A DNA stretch of 63,981 nt, counting the filler, from Licmophora abbreviata (Eukaryota), in the NCBI GenBank assembly GCA_900291995.1. It is 16 parts of 16 records of this genome, joined end to end, with 100 filler letters (N's around TTAATTAATTAA, not from the genome) between each part and the next. Parts side by side here need not be neighbours in the genome. Positions count along the whole stretch, not along the records: positions 1 to 5,194 come from OLMU01001512.1; positions 5,295 to 7,541 come from OLMU01001516.1; positions 7,642 to 10,236 come from OLMU01001517.1; positions 10,337 to 13,372 come from OLMU01001519.1; 12 more parts are not named here. One strand, written 5' to 3'. Made by a program: the position numbers and the translations under genes. The notes under the pieces are model-generated. The model was not told where the DNA came from, searched no databases, and saw only the letters and a list, made by a program, of their open reading frames with translations. This document shows, piece after piece, positions 1-13,180 of the stretch (positions are counted from its first letter, which is position 1; each line of letters begins with the position of its first letter).

Positions 1-1718
1 GTTATTCGGTCGGAATCATTGCCGAGCAACTCCTCCTCCTCCTCCTCGATCAGTTCGTCCGATTCACTGAGCGGAGGCCATGGTGGTTCTTTTCGTTCGT
101 CCTCTTTGGAAATCATGATTGCCCACGCCGGCAACTTCTGTCCACACATGGCCTCCGGTGTAATTAGAACTCCTGTATCATCGACTTGTTTCCAATTTTC
201 CAAACACGGCAGTTCGATCTGTCCATTTCCAGCACGAAACAGTTGGTCCCGAATGACACGCATGGCATCCACCGACCATGCCGCCAAGGCCGGATTGTCG
301 GTCTGAATCGTCCCACCATCAGTGTTGCGCACCACCACGGATGCATGACCATAGTACAGGGGAGCATTGGGATTTTCCGGGAGACGCGTCGAAGAAGATG
401 TAATCGCTCGACGCCAATCCGACTCTCCAGGAGGCTTGACTTGATCCATATCATACGTAGACATTCGCCGTCGTCCAATATTGGCTTCTGGTGAAAGTGT
501 CAATGTGTTGCTCGATTCCTTGTTCTCCTCTTTGACTTCCATGGCCCCATCAAAGCCCGACACTGCCACCCACTGTCCTCCCTGTCCCAGTACACCCCAC
601 TGCGCCACTCCTTGTTGCCACCCAGCACGCCACAAGTGCTGCTGAAGTTCTCCAATGGCCGCACAACGTCTTGCTAATACTGCCTGAATCTGGGACACCT
701 TTTGACCCACAATCTTGTGATTGTAGCCCGTTTCGGAAAACCAGACTTGCAAGAGAGAGCAGAGAGTAGAAGATTAGAATTACAAGTTAGAATTCGATCT
801 CGTCTCACGTGGAATCGCCACCACCACTACTACTACTACTACTCGTACTTCCTTTCCAATCCATCCTTTTTTCAACTCACCCCACGGTCCCGCTTCGAGC
901 CACGACAACAAGGGCCGTTCCCATCGAATCGTCCAGTATCGCAAGGAATCATGCAGTTCCACCGCCTCGTCCAATTGCAAGTCTCGCAGTGCTCGCAACG
1001 ACCCTTCTGCCAGTTGCGACGCAGTCTCGGATCTAGCAGGAGAAGATGATGATTGTGGAAGTATGGGTTCTACGTCCTGCATCCATGCAGAATCACCCAT
1101 GCTGACAAGAGAGTCTTCGCCAATACTTTCTTGCCGTGACAGTGTTGCAGGATGGAGACTACTACTTCCACCTTGTTCTTCCGGTACAAGTGTCAGTAAG
1201 GATCGTACTGCATTGAGGGATTGAGGGTGTCGTCCTCGTACACTGCTACTGTATGGATTCTTGAGCATCCACGCAAGATGATCGGTGGGGTACTGCTTTT
1301 GTGAGGAAGAGGATGAAAAGGGGCGGTGTATAGTGCTGGTGGTCGAGTCCGCAGTCGCGTGTTTGTCTGTAGTGCCAGGTATACTGCTGGGTGCATGTGG
1401 TAACGAAGAAGCAGAACTACTAGTAGTAGCAGTACCAGCAGTAGTAGTATCACTCGAAGCTGCACTGCTTGCATACAAGACATTGGAGACCAAACCTGCC
1501 ATTGTCGCGTAGGTCGTATCGGCAGCCGACTGAACGGACGTCGTCGCGTACGACCAGTAGGAGGAGTCTTGGTCTGGATCATTACTTTGCGACGCAAGAG
1601 ACATGGGTGGTACGGAGGATGAATCCGTTGCAGTACGCGATGGAGTAGTAGGAGAACTGGCGCCATAGGCCCAGTCCATGCCCTTGGCGGTGACTTCCGA
1701 CAGGCGTGTGGCGACCAT
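1..1718 (-). CDS. Conserved diatom protein, possibly NCA2 (nuclear control of ATPase)-like; 3' end outside the window; exons 1718-881 and 745-<1
   Basis: ORF 780..1718 ends at a GT donor (GPW G|gtgag, 880). The AG acceptor at 746 restores an open frame (VWFSETGYNHK...DNPALAAWSVDAMRVIRDQLFRAGNG...LPAWA) to the window edge. NCA2 resemblance is from memory only. Confidence 0.55.
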
Positions 1719-2310
1719 GGTGACAAATGAATCGAGTCTCTTTCGCTTTTCACGTTTCAGTCAAACCAGCAGCAGCAGTACAACTCTCAGATCGTCCCAA
1801 TCAGTCACCAGGCACGTAGGATAGATTCTTTGCACAAGAAGAGCAGCAGAGACGGACCGAGGCATGCGTCTTGTCATGGTCGATTTGATGTCGCGACGAT
1901 GAGAGGTGAATGCCACACGAGCTCTTCTTACGAGCTCCATTTGTGCTCTGTTTGAAACGCCGTTGGCACTTCAGGATGCACACGAAACAACGCGATTCTT
2001 CACAAAACGAGACACCGGGACGCTTCCTTCGAAAAAGGAAGAAGCCTGTTACCGACGGAGAGCAACATGAGAATCATATGTGCTACTACTTACTACCGGC
2101 GCCTTCAACGCCAATGAAATGGCTCAAAATGGGAAACATCAACCCATCGCTTTGACGCCCGCGTGAGAGTGAAAGGTGCGCGTTCACGTAGGGATTGTAC
2201 GGGAGTCTACGCAAAGATCTAAATTAGGACGGACGACTGAAGGACGCGAAATGTGGCTGATGGGAGAAGAGAAACAAAGTTAAGAAGTTTGTTGGCCGCC
2301 ATCTACTGTC

Positions 2311-4283
2311 GTGGTTCAGTGGTTCAATAGAGTATCGCAGCGTGCTCCTACAAGCACAATGATGACTCCTACTCTAGAATACGTTCGCCAACGAAGAAGA
2401 AGAAGAAGAAGCAGAAGAAGAAGGAAAGTCTCTCTGTGGCCCACACAGCTGCTAGTCTTGCTCTTGCTTCTGTCGGTTCCTTTGTTCTCTTCAAAAGCAG
2501 CAGCTGAAGCGACACGCCTTGGCATAGTAACGGCTCCAAAGAATCACCATGCTCCTCCAAAAGTCTTTCAGGAACGCATTCAACGATCGATGCAGAGGAC
2601 CCAACAGCTGCAGAACAGAAATCTGTCAATTTTGAGAAAAATTCATCGTGAGATTCTGCAACAAACACATCAGCAACCAAGCAAACGAACACGTCGACAA
2701 AGTGCATCCCGCAGACGACAGTTACAACAACAAGAGCCATGCTCCTTGTGTGAAAACTACACGATCTACTCAGACTTGGTTCCAGTCTATCCTCCAGGTT
2801 TGGATCAAGCCAACGCTACATGCAGAGACTTGGATGTCTTCCTCAAGGACAGCACTAGTACTTCCAGTGAAGAGTGCATCGCCCTCCGAACAGCATTCGT
2901 GTATGCCTGTTGCGACGGTCCACCGCGGCACGAACGCGAACGCATCCTGCGTGCTGATTTATTGTCCGACTACGATTCTGCCATTCCGCCCTCCAACAGT
3001 ACCACTCCCACGTGGCCGATCGATGTTCACGTGCACTTGGAGTTCTTCTTCATTACGGAACTGAATGTCCAAGAAAGTACCAATGAAATTTTCGTCTGGA
3101 TCACCATGTGGTGGGAAGATGCCAGACTGCAATGGAATGTGAATGAGAATGCTGTGACTCGGACGTCCTTTCGTGCCTCGTTGGATATCGAACGTACCGA
3201 AATCTGGGTGCCCGATTTGGACTTGTACAATCAAGAGAATGGCGTACAGAAGATGCCCGAAGCCATGGCAGAAGTCTATAGTGATGGGACAGTCTTGTGG
3301 AGACGCAACGGGCCCTTGAAGGCACTGTGTTTGTTTTCGGGCTTGAAACGAATGCCCTTTGATACACTGGGCTGTCGGTATATCATTGGTACTTGGACGA
3401 GGTACGGCGCCATCAATGTGGTTCTAGCCGATGAGACGGGATTTGGCATTGGCAACTTTCAAGCCAAATATGCGGAATATCGCATCGTACCAGACCTCAT
3501 CAAGTCGGGATACTTACTCTTGGAGGAACAAGATGAAGACGGTGAACTGCAGTCGTTGGGTATCGCGACGGGAGTGTATTACAACTTTTATTTTGAGCGA
3601 TCGCAACGGTTCTACGTGATTGGCATTGTTATTCCAGCGATTCTATTTACCGTGTTGAGTTTTGGCATGTTCTTGTTGGATTTGAGAGTCGGAGAGCGAC
3701 TGTCCTACGGTATGGCACTGCTATTGGTGCTGGCGGCACATCAGATTGTCACTGCGAGCTACTTGCCCGTGACGGAAGAACGATTGTGGGCTGTGGTGTT
3801 GATCAACGCGTCGTTCTACTGGGTTGTGTTTGGACTGCTGGAAAGTGTGCTTGTGGGGTACTTGTTTTTTGTGGGAGAACATCATGAGGAAGAGCGTGCT
3901 CAGATGGAAGGTCATCGTCGATATGGAAATCTGACCTTGATGCACAACAACGAACCGCCCACCGACGTCGTCGACGGAGAGTTGCACGGTGTTGCCGAAG
4001 ACATAGTAGTGTCGACGACGCGGAAGACGTTATTGCTGAACATCCAGTGAGTATAAGTCGACGTGGTCGCTCGTTCCGACAGTCCATGCGATCGATCTAC
4101 ACGCTCAAACAAAACATGATGGTTCGTAAGCGCGACTTGAACTCGAACCGAAAGCTCATCCGTTCCATTGACAAGTGGTGCTTTCGAATCGTCCCGACGA
4201 CCTATTTGCTCTTTCTGATTATCTTGTTTGCGACGTTACCTGCATGGGAGGAGACCGGGGAAGACGTATGGGGAGATCTTTGA
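2311..4283 (+). CDS. Pentameric ligand-gated (Cys-loop) ion channel subunit; 1-bp frameshift near 4010 before the M4 helix; start codon uncertain (first ATGs ~2359)
   Basis: WEDARLQWN, IWVPDLDLYN, Cys-loop CLFSGLKRMPFDTLGC, M1 FYVIGIVIPAILF, GERLSYGMALLL (M2), M3. M4 (IDKWCFRIVPTTYLLFLIILF) is in the shifted frame 4047..4283. Confidence 0.9.
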
Positions 4284-5194
4284 ATGATGTTGGACGCAAT
4301 TGCAATGCAGTTCCGCCTTTGCCCGCAAAATGAGCCTCCGGACATCTTTTCTTCTAGAATGACTACGGACGAAATGAGAAATACCGAGAGTCGGCGACTT
4401 GAGGGCAAAGCTACATACCTGAACGACACAAAGCTCCCATTGTACAAGCTGTCCAGTACTGTACTGCATGCGGAGCAATGCCGTTGTAGGCTGTAGGATC
4501 GCCGTGACATGGCAGCCCCAAGAGTCCATGTGAGATGCATACGGAGGCACATTTGATACTTTGTCCTCATGCGATGTGAGAGTCGTTTGCAACGGGAGTC
4601 TTGGCCCGGACATGTTCCTACTGATGAGGATACGACTGATGCCTGTGCTATGGTTTTTGGCGGGCGAGCAGAAGTGAAATCATATGGTTGAGCTTCATTG
4701 TACCTCCCAGATGTATGGGTTTGAGGGTTGCGAAGGTTCCCAAGCTCGCTTACGAGCTACATATCAAGCCCTGACCGCACCCTTCGAAGCCACCCATAGG
4801 TAGTTCCGGTATTAATTGTCGTAGGGCTGATCCGTACAGCTATATGAGATATGTATTCGACGTGAATACTATTTTGTGTACGTCGAATCGAGACGTAGGG
4901 TCGGAGATGGTACGAGAGACCTACCATTAGTTTGAGGGGACTGAAGGAGGCGCATGGAGTGAGTCGCGCAGCCCTACCTCGAATAAAAGATAGCCTACAA
5001 TTTTCTTGTTGACGATTGTTCGTACCTGGCACCGTATAGAGAGCGTCTACGGACACCTTTATGAGTACAGATAAGAAGAATGATGTGTACAACTATTTTC
5101 CAGATAGTGCAACAGCCACGGTGAGACTGTCCAACTCAGGAACCAGTACCGGTACGACATTTGTGTACGCTCGGTGGTGGCGGATGCTTTGTTT

Positions 5195-5294
5195 NNNNNN
5201 NNNNNNNNNNNNNNNNNNNNNNNNNNNNNNNNNNNNNNTTAATTAATTAANNNNNNNNNNNNNNNNNNNNNNNNNNNNNNNNNNNNNNNNNNNN
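5195..5294. other. Artificial scaffold linker 44N+TTAATTAATTAA+44N (also at 7542, 10237, 13373, 16450, 21326, 23835, 35964, 37464, 45375, 53798, 55802, 56957, 59444, 62754)
   Basis: Identical 100-bp structure 15 times; the 12-mer puts stops in all six frames. Confidence 0.98.
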
Positions 5295-7145
5295 ACTTGA
5301 CACTTGCGCCCAAGTTTCATTCAACGCTCGGAATACTCGCACGTGTCCCGAAAAACTTCCATTGTCGTCGTTGCGTCTCGAACCCACAGCAACGACACTT
5401 CCGTCGGACGACAGGGAGATCGAGAAACCAAACCAATCACCACTATTCTCCCCGACAATAGTCTGGCCCAGCTGAGCCCAACTCGATCCACTTCGCTGGA
5501 ACACTCGCGCGTGCCCAGAACCAATTCCATTGTTGTCGTTGTATACTGCACCGGCGGCAAGGACAATGCCGTCGGACGACAAGGAGACCGACTGACCAAA
5601 CCCATCACCAGCATTCTCCCCGGCAAGAGTCTGGCCCAACTGGACCCAGCTCGATGCATTCCGCTCAAATACTCGCACGTGTCCGGAATTTGTTCCATTG
5701 TCGTCGTTGAATATTGCACCCGCAGCAAGGATACTGCCGTCCGACGACAAGGAGACCGACTCACCAAACAAATCACCAGCATTCTGCCCATTAAGAGTCT
5801 GGCCCAACTGGACCCAAGTCGAGCCATTCCGCTCGAACACTCGCACGTGACCGCTGTTAAATCCATTGTCGTCATTCCGCCTTCCGCCTGCGGCAAGGGT
5901 ATTGCCGTCGGATGACAGTGAGATTGAGATACCAAACTCATCACCAGCCCTCTCCCCGACAAGAGTCTGGCCCAACTGCACCCAACTCGATCCGTTCCAC
6001 TGAAACACTCGCACGTGCCCAGAGTTACTTCCACTGTCGTCGTTTTCAGGTGCACCCGCCGCAATGATACTGCCGTCGGACGACATGGCGACCGATGCAC
6101 CAAATAAGTCGCCAGTATTCTCCCCGCGAAGAGTCTGGCCCAGCTGAGCCCAGCCCATTCCATTCCCCTGGTACACTCGCACGTGTCCAGAATCGAAGCC
6201 ATTGTCGTCGTTCCATGTTGCTCCCCCGACGAAGATAGTGCCGTCGGACGAAATGGCAGTGGCCCACCCGTACCCATCATCATCGCCGGTTCCAAAAATG
6301 TCCTGCCCGAGCTGTGACCACACGAGTGGTGCGTTGCTGGGTGCTGCTGATGGCGATATAGTTGGATCGTTCTTGGTGTCGTCACCTGACACTGCTGGCT
6401 CTGAAGTTGAAGAGTCAGACGAGCCACGGCCCGTAAGCGCGATAACCGCGCCCACACCGCCTCCCACGAACAACAACAGCACCCCCATCGCAATCAGCAC
6501 CCCATTCCGCTTTGAGAAGACGGCGGAAGAGCCTCTCTCGGGAGGATCTACGACCTCGGCAATTTGAGCTTGCGTAGCGTCGACGAGTTGCGCAGACAGC
6601 ATGGGAGGCGACGGAGGTACTGGTGCGACAGTGTCGTGCGAATGATCTTGATTCGTCACTGTATAGTCGGCCAGTGTGTTTTCTTCATCCGTAGCATTGA
6701 CAGGACCGACGGGATGCGCCCCTACCCGTATCGCAGCAGCAGCTTTAGGAGACGCTGATGCTGGATTGCCAGAGTACTTGGGCGGGGATACTTGTTCCGC
6801 CGCTGTTTCGGACAGAGCGTGTGGAATGGGCGGAGCCAGGCTGAGTTTCCCCGATTTCGTGTTGATCTTGTTGTTGTTTCGGCTGCGGCCTGTCTCAAAG
6901 TCACCTTTCTCTTCGTAATCCTCTCCACGACCCAAGCCAGCAGCAGCTTTGCGACGGGGGGCAGCACTCGGCTTAGAGGCGTCGTCCGTATCTTCGAGTC
7001 GTCGAAGACTGCTGCGCTTGGCCCGGGTTTTCGTAGTAGGATTAGCAGCAGCGGCCACGAGATGTTTCGTATCTTCTTCGTCGAAATCGCGCTTGAGCTC
7101 GCCCTTCTTCTTGGCTGGCATCTTCTTGTCGTTGTTTCCACTCAT
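5295..7145 (-). CDS. Type II membrane FG-GAP-like beta-propeller repeat protein, copy 1 (3' end in gap)
   Basis: Charged cytosolic N-terminus, TM (GVLIAMGVLLLFVGGGVGAVIAL), PS/PT linker, then ~6 repeats of ~57 aa (WxQLGQTLxGExxGDxFGxSVSLSSDGxxxAxGAxxNDDNGxxSGHVRVF). Confidence 0.85.
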
Positions 7146-8768
7146 GATAGGTAATGAGAGTGGAAGAGAGAGGGCACAAAGAAGAGCGGGACGAGCGAGG
7201 AATGTTCGATTGTGAAAGTGGAAGTGAACCACTTGGATCCGACCAATTTGGAATTTTTTGGGAACCAACCAAGAGTAAAATCTACGCGGCACGTCGACAA
7301 ACGACAGGCCTCGAGAAAGTCAACCGAGATCAGGCGGGCTCTCCGCCGGTCATCTTTACTTAACGTTGAATGTGCTGCGACAATGACCGGGATAGATGTT
7401 TGAATCAATCCAATCGCCAACGGGTGATCTGTGAGTTTTGTTGGGCTTGTTTGTTGCGCTCATTCTTCATGAGAATTGGAAAACAGCCCGTCCACTTGAT
7501 AGCTTTTAATCTGTCCCACCTCTCTATGGGCAGTCGGTGATNNNNNNNNNNNNNNNNNNNNNNNNNNNNNNNNNNNNNNNNNNNNTTAATTAATTAANNN
7601 NNNNNNNNNNNNNNNNNNNNNNNNNNNNNNNNNNNNNNNNNGGCTCTGCCGACCTGCTTGGGTTAGCGGAGAGGCATTCACCAGCGCTAGTAAAGCCTAG
7701 TTTCTCCAACAGTCCAAGACTAGGATACATTAGCTCATGCGACCTGGCACGCTCACCTGAGTGCCGTCGCATGGTCGTCTGCTCGCCTGACCGTCGGGGC
7801 GAACGAGAAAAGCGGTGCCAACCGCAGCAGATGGATTGGAAGTACGAGTACAATATGTACCAGGGCATTTATATTTATGAGTTGAAGCCAGTCGATCCAT
7901 TAAACTAAAAGAGTCTTCAGCTCTGAACGGATTCAATAGAAGCGTGCAAAGTGAGATGGCAACCATTACCGAGGGGTCAAGTGACCCGGGACCGGAGGTT
8001 ACTTCAAATGAAAGATCGGAGATATGTGATACCGGTACCGGCAGGTGTCTAAAATAGACCCCTGGGTCCGTGCTGGTACCAGGTGCAGATGAGAAGAGTA
8101 GTCAAGTAGACTACGAGTTCCAGGTACGATATATTTGTGTCGGTGGTGAAGGTCGCATTCCTCTTCAAGTTATTATTATCTTTCGCCGGTACCGGTAGCT
8201 GGTGAGTGCAGGATTGACTGGAAAGAGCGCATTCATAGCTAGTTAGTACGAGAGTAGAGAAGCCATACTACGCGACGCGCCTGTCCTGTCATGGAGGACT
8301 CGGCGTCGTTAAAGTTCGTATGAACAGCTTGCGAGTAGACGAATAAGCAAATCTTTGAGTTCTTTATTTAGAGAAGCCATACTAGCTAGCTTAGTAGCTA
8401 TTCGCTGCTTTGGCTGCTTCCCGATGATGTACCTCCTGTACAACCGATAGTGTATCGCAAAAACTTCAGTACTGTTGTGTTCAAGCAATCTGCCATCAAA
8501 GATTTCTAAGGACTCTTTGGCTACCCTGGTATCGCCTCTCACTCGGTGGCAGCCAACGCAGCAAGCCCCTCAACGCGCATATGTTCAATGTAGTAAAGAA
8601 CATGCAAGTTACGATTCGATGTACAAACGCAGTAGTATGAAACTACTTTGTAGATCGATGATTCACTACGGCGAGTCATAAACGGAGGTACCAGTGCGGC
8701 ATTTGCGTACGCTCGGTGGTGGCGGTGGCGGGTGCTTTGGTTTGCTCCCGTGGTGCTACCAACTCGAC

Positions 8769-10236
8769 CTACGGTCGCTGCAACTGGTACACACTAACAT
8801 ATCCGGGCGGGTCTCCAGATTTCAAAAATTGATCCGCACCCCCTGCCACGGTCGTTCCATCTGCCGACAGGGCCACCGAAATACCAAAGCGATCCTGCTC
8901 ACCCTTGCCAGGAATCGCACCTGCCACTTGCGTCCATGTGCCATTCAACATCTGAAACACTTGCACGTGTCCATAATTAGCTCCATTGTCGCCGTTGCGT
9001 CTCGAACCCACGGCAAGGATACTGCCGTCGGATGACAAGGAGATCGATTCACGAAAGTAATCAAAAGCCCTCTCCCCGACAAGAGTCTGGCCCAGCTGCA
9101 ACCAACTCGATCCATCGTACTCGAACACGCGGACGTGTCCGGAAGAAGCTCCATGGTCATCGTTCCAGCTTGCACCCACGGCAAGGATCCTAACGTCGGG
9201 CGACAAAGAGACCGACTCACCAAACCTATCGCCTGCATTCTCCCCGACAAGAGTCTGGCCCAGCTGCACCCAACTCGATCCATCATGCCGGAACACTCGC
9301 ACGTGCCCAGATCTAACTCCATTGCCGTCACTGGATGACGCACCCACAGCCAGGATGCTGCCGTCGGACGACAAGGAGACCGAACGGCCAAATTCATCAC
9401 CAGCATTCTTGCCAACAACAGTCTGGCCAAACTGCACCCAACTCGATCCACTCCACTGGAACACTCGCACGTGTCCGGAATGAGTTCCATTGTCGTCGTT
9501 CCAGCTTGCGCCTACGGCAATGATTCCGCCGTCTTTTGACAAGGAGACCGAAACACCAAATTCATCACCAGCATTCTCCCCAACAATAGTCTGGCCCAAT
9601 TGCACCCAACTCGTTCCATTCTGCTCAAATACTCCCACGTGTCCGGACGAACTTCCATTGTCGTCGTTGCCATATGCGCCCACGGCAACGATACTGCCGT
9701 CGGATGACAAGGAGACCGACCCACCAAACAGATCACCAGCAGTCTCCCCAACAATGGTCTGGCCCAACTGGGCCCAACTCAATCCATTCCGCTGGAACAC
9801 CCGCACGTGTCCAGAACCTAACCCATTATCGTCGTTCCAGTATGCACCCACTGCAAGGATACTACCGTCGGACGAAATGGCAATAGAATACCCGAAGGAA
9901 TCATCATTGCCGGTTCCGACAATGTCTTGGCCGAGCTGCGACCACACACCCAGTACAGGTGAGGTGCTGGGTGCTACTGATGGTACGAGAGTCGGACTAT
10001 CAGTTGAAATGGGCGCTGGAGTGGGATTCTTTGTTGTCACAGGCGCTGCGGGCGAGAGAGTTGGATTGATAGTTGTTGAAACTGGTGGTGGCGCTACATC
10101 GCTAACGGAGACCGGCGCCAGAGTCACCGCTCCCTGTTCTGCAGTGGACTTGTTCGAGGAGCCGTTGCCCGTCAGCGCGACAGCTCCACCCACGATGGCT
10201 CCCACAAGCAACACCAAACCTATCACAGAGAGGAGG
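8769..10236 (-). CDS. Type II membrane FG-GAP-like beta-propeller repeat protein, copy 2 (5' end in gap)
   Basis: TM, PT-rich stalk, seven repeats of the same consensus as copy 1, stop at 8769. Confidence 0.85.
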
Positions 10237-10614
10237 NNNNNNNNNNNNNNNNNNNNNNNNNNNNNNNNNNNNNNNNNNNNTTAATTAATTAANNNNNNNN
10301 NNNNNNNNNNNNNNNNNNNNNNNNNNNNNNNNNNNNCGCGGCACGTCGACAAACGACATCTTGCGCAGAAGAGCGGATGGATTCGAAATATCAAATGTAC
10401 TCAAAAATAGATGCCAGCCATCATCAGCCGGTCCACTCGGATTTGAAGCTGTGACGTCTTTTTGGTATATCCGTGTGTGAGGAATAGATGGGTGAGGTCC
10501 AACAAAAGAAGACAAACATCATCAGCAGCCTTGGCTCATGGCAGTCAAGACTGTTGCAGTACTCTCTTGTAACGCGACTGCTGCAGCAGACTAGCAATCA
10601 GTGCAGTGACTACT

Positions 10615-11735
10615 CTACAATCCCTCGACGTCTTTTGCCGTGACAGAAACGGCGTGGATACTTCCGTCTTGTTCTTCAAAAATCACGTCCAAGGACCACG
10701 ATGTCGCTCCGACGTCCTCGACACCCTCGGGCAAGGGTGGATCGGTATCCGTGGTTTCCAGTACATGACGACGACGACGACGACGACTCTCGAATTCTCC
10801 TTTCGCGTGCTGAAGGATGGATCTGTACGACGCTTCACTGAATTTCTTTATGGTGGTACGAGGAGGAGGAGTACGACGTTTGTAAGGCACGTCCTTGTCA
10901 TTGGTCTTCTGATCATGCGGCTTGCCCAGTCGTCGTGCATTCGGACACGACCAGCCGCAGTCTCCCAGGTCATAGGCTTTCGTAAAGAGATCGACATGTT
11001 GATTGTCGTAATCTACGTTGTACCCCATGTCTTGCAAGGAGGCGACTGTGATTCTCGAAAGCGGCTGGTGCTCTCCACTGAGATTTCCCGTCATGAGCTC
11101 GTGAATGAAACATTCTGTGAAAGGACGCACGCAACCGTCAAGAAAAGAGGCGGGTGAGCAAGACGTAACGAAAGTGCAGATGCCAAGCGCCTAGCTGCTA
11201 CAGTCACATTCTCTTGCACGTACCCTCGTCCCAATGAGAATGAGCGGTGACACTGCGCCCATCGAGCTCCACCGGTAGAGTCCGATGACAAGCAAGTGCA
11301 TTCCATTCAAGGTCCGCATGCGTACCGCTCTTGCACACACCCCACCCACCTTTGTAAACACTATTGCGTGTCCAGAGGTCTTCCGAAGCCGAGGATATGA
11401 AAGCCTTCGTGCAGAACGACACGTTCAAACGTCTTGCCTCCTCGTGGTGCCTTTCGTATGCGCTCTAGATCGGCAGAGTCGCATCGCATCGCTCCTGCAA
11501 GGGCCTGGACGAAGGGTTTACCAGTGTTTGGGTTTATGCGATTCGTAGTAGTGCGGGTCTGCCTCAAGCCGGCGGTACCCAGAATGCCCGATGCACCATC
11601 AATCTCGTCTACACGGACAGCCATGTACACATCATCAATGACTATTGCGGGTGATGATGATGATGATGATGTTGTTGTACCTTGTTCTTGTGGATTTGTT
11701 GAACGACTTTGGCACGAATGAATAGGTCGTGCTTG
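10615..11735 (-). pseudogene. Leishmanolysin/M8-like zinc metallopeptidase; 5'-truncated and frameshifted (~11381); intron 11115-11223
   Basis: IDDVYMAV..IDGASGILGTAG, VVLHEGFHILGFG (HEXXH), then after a +1 shift DLW...LPVELDG...AHSHWDE|ECFIHELMTG...LSRITVASLQDMGY. No room for a signal peptide before the next gene. Confidence 0.7.
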
Positions 11736-11989
11736 TTAAGAAGCAAGCTGTGTCTGACAATCGCTACAACTGAATGAATCTCTGAGAGAGCATGGGCCAA
11801 CTACTACTTCGAAGTAGTAGTAGACAAGGTCAATCACCGCATTGCACGATAGGACAAGACCCTGGCACGGGTAGTAGTCATCGTCTCTCTCTAGTAGTAC
11901 AATTAACATAGATTCTCACCCATCCCACTGGCATAATTGACCCCCACCAGTGAGTCGAGTCATCCCCGTCACACGCAACCATGATCAGC

Positions 11990-13180
11990 TCAACACACAG
12001 AGAAGAGCGGTGTAATATGAAGTCCCACCAGGACCGAGACCACTACACCACTCCGGATAGAGACACCACCCGAAGTGTTCGGCGGAGTAGATGGAGGGTT
12101 CATGGGCGCCTCAGTAGGCTCCAGAGTTGGCGGACCCACAGGCGCCAAAGAGGGACCAGCACTGGGCATGCCCGAGGGCGCAACCGAAGGTGCCAACGAG
12201 GCAATGCATTCGCCCGCACAGTTCCGGATGGCACATTGCAATCCTGGATCAATAAGGTTGGAACAGTCGTAGGACACGCTCATTTCAACCACGCAAATGT
12301 CACACGCGTTGCAGCTTTCGGAAGTGGCCTCCACAATGTCACACGAATCGCACTGGAGGGGTGACGTGATAGTGGTTGGACATCCCTCAAAGACCGTGGT
12401 AAGACCTGGGCGAGGGGTGTTGTCGATGGCGCACTCCAAGGTTCCGTCACTTTGTTCCACGCAACCGCCACCCGTACCCTCATTGATACATTCATTAGCA
12501 CAGTTCACGGCAGCACATGCATCCTGCGAGAAGTCCCCACAGTCGAATGCGAATGTGACAGCCGACCCGTCCGGACAGACTGTACAAGAAGTACAAGCCG
12601 GAGTCGTCTCGGTAATGTCGCTCGGCGCGTCTGCGGAATAGATAGCGCAGGTTGTGCATCCAGAGATCTCCAGAGTCCCCTCGGGACAGGAAAAAATGGA
12701 AACAAGGCCCGCAACGGGACGGTCGTCGCCGATACATAGGATACCGCCGTTCGGGTTGGGTTGACACTGAATGCTCTGAAGGCGACGTCGCTCCTCGTCG
12801 ACATCGCCGTCCTTGAAGTGATAATTGACGCCTACTAGATTGTCCTGGGATACTTGCTTCTCGTCCCTATTCTTGGGGATGGCAGATAGAAAAGAGTCGA
12901 ACATGCCCGGATCCGTCTTGGCGATCGCCTGGAAACTCGCGGGAAGGGCGACATCAGCGGCAAACATGGTGAGACTACTAGCGTGATGGTTTCGATTGCT
13001 ACTTCTGGTGGCATCCGCTTTCTCGTTGTCGTCTTGGGCCCGCCAACTACGACTGGTATGCTCGTTCTTGGTCGTTGGAACAGAGCTACCTGCTGCAGTC
13101 GTAGTCCCAGAAGTACTGGCACCAACGAGCGCAGAGGTAATCGCGACGACAACGAGGAGGCGATTCATCATTCGCATCAT
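11990..13180 (-). CDS. Secreted Cys-rich repeat protein A (2 x 12-Cys domain, RRLQ site, GPI-like tail)
   Basis: Signal peptide RLLVVVAITSALVGA; prodomain MFAADVALPASF..DPGMFD; ERRRLQ; two domains; PS stalk; SGG + hydrophobic C-terminus. Confidence 0.85.
   Translation of the reverse strand: MMRMMNRLLVVVAITSALVGASTSGTTTAAGSSVPTTKNEHTSRSWRAQDDNEKADATRSSNRNHHASSLTMFAADVALPASFQAIAKTDPGMFDSFLSAIPKNRDEKQVSQDNLVGVNYHFKDGDVDEERRRLQSIQCQPNPNGGILCIGDDRPVAGLVSIFSCPEGTLEISGCTTCAIYSADAPSDITETTPACTSCTVCPDGSAVTFAFDCGDFSQDACAAVNCANECINEGTGGGCVEQSDGTLECAIDNTPRPGLTTVFEGCPTTITSPLQCDSCDIVEATSESCNACDICVVEMSVSYDCSNLIDPGLQCAIRNCAGECIASLAPSVAPSGMPSAGPSLAPVGPPTLEPTEAPMNPPSTPPNTSGGVSIRSGVVVSVLVGLHITPLFSVC

Noticed and set aside
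4047..4082. GTGAGT...ACAG as an intron repairing the channel gene
   Set aside because: Only ~36 nt and does not restore the frame; a 1-bp deletion near 4010 explains it better.
5295..9900. ~171-bp periodic DNA repeats resembling an array
   Set aside because: They are the coding repeats of the beta-propeller proteins; there is no repeat-spacer structure.
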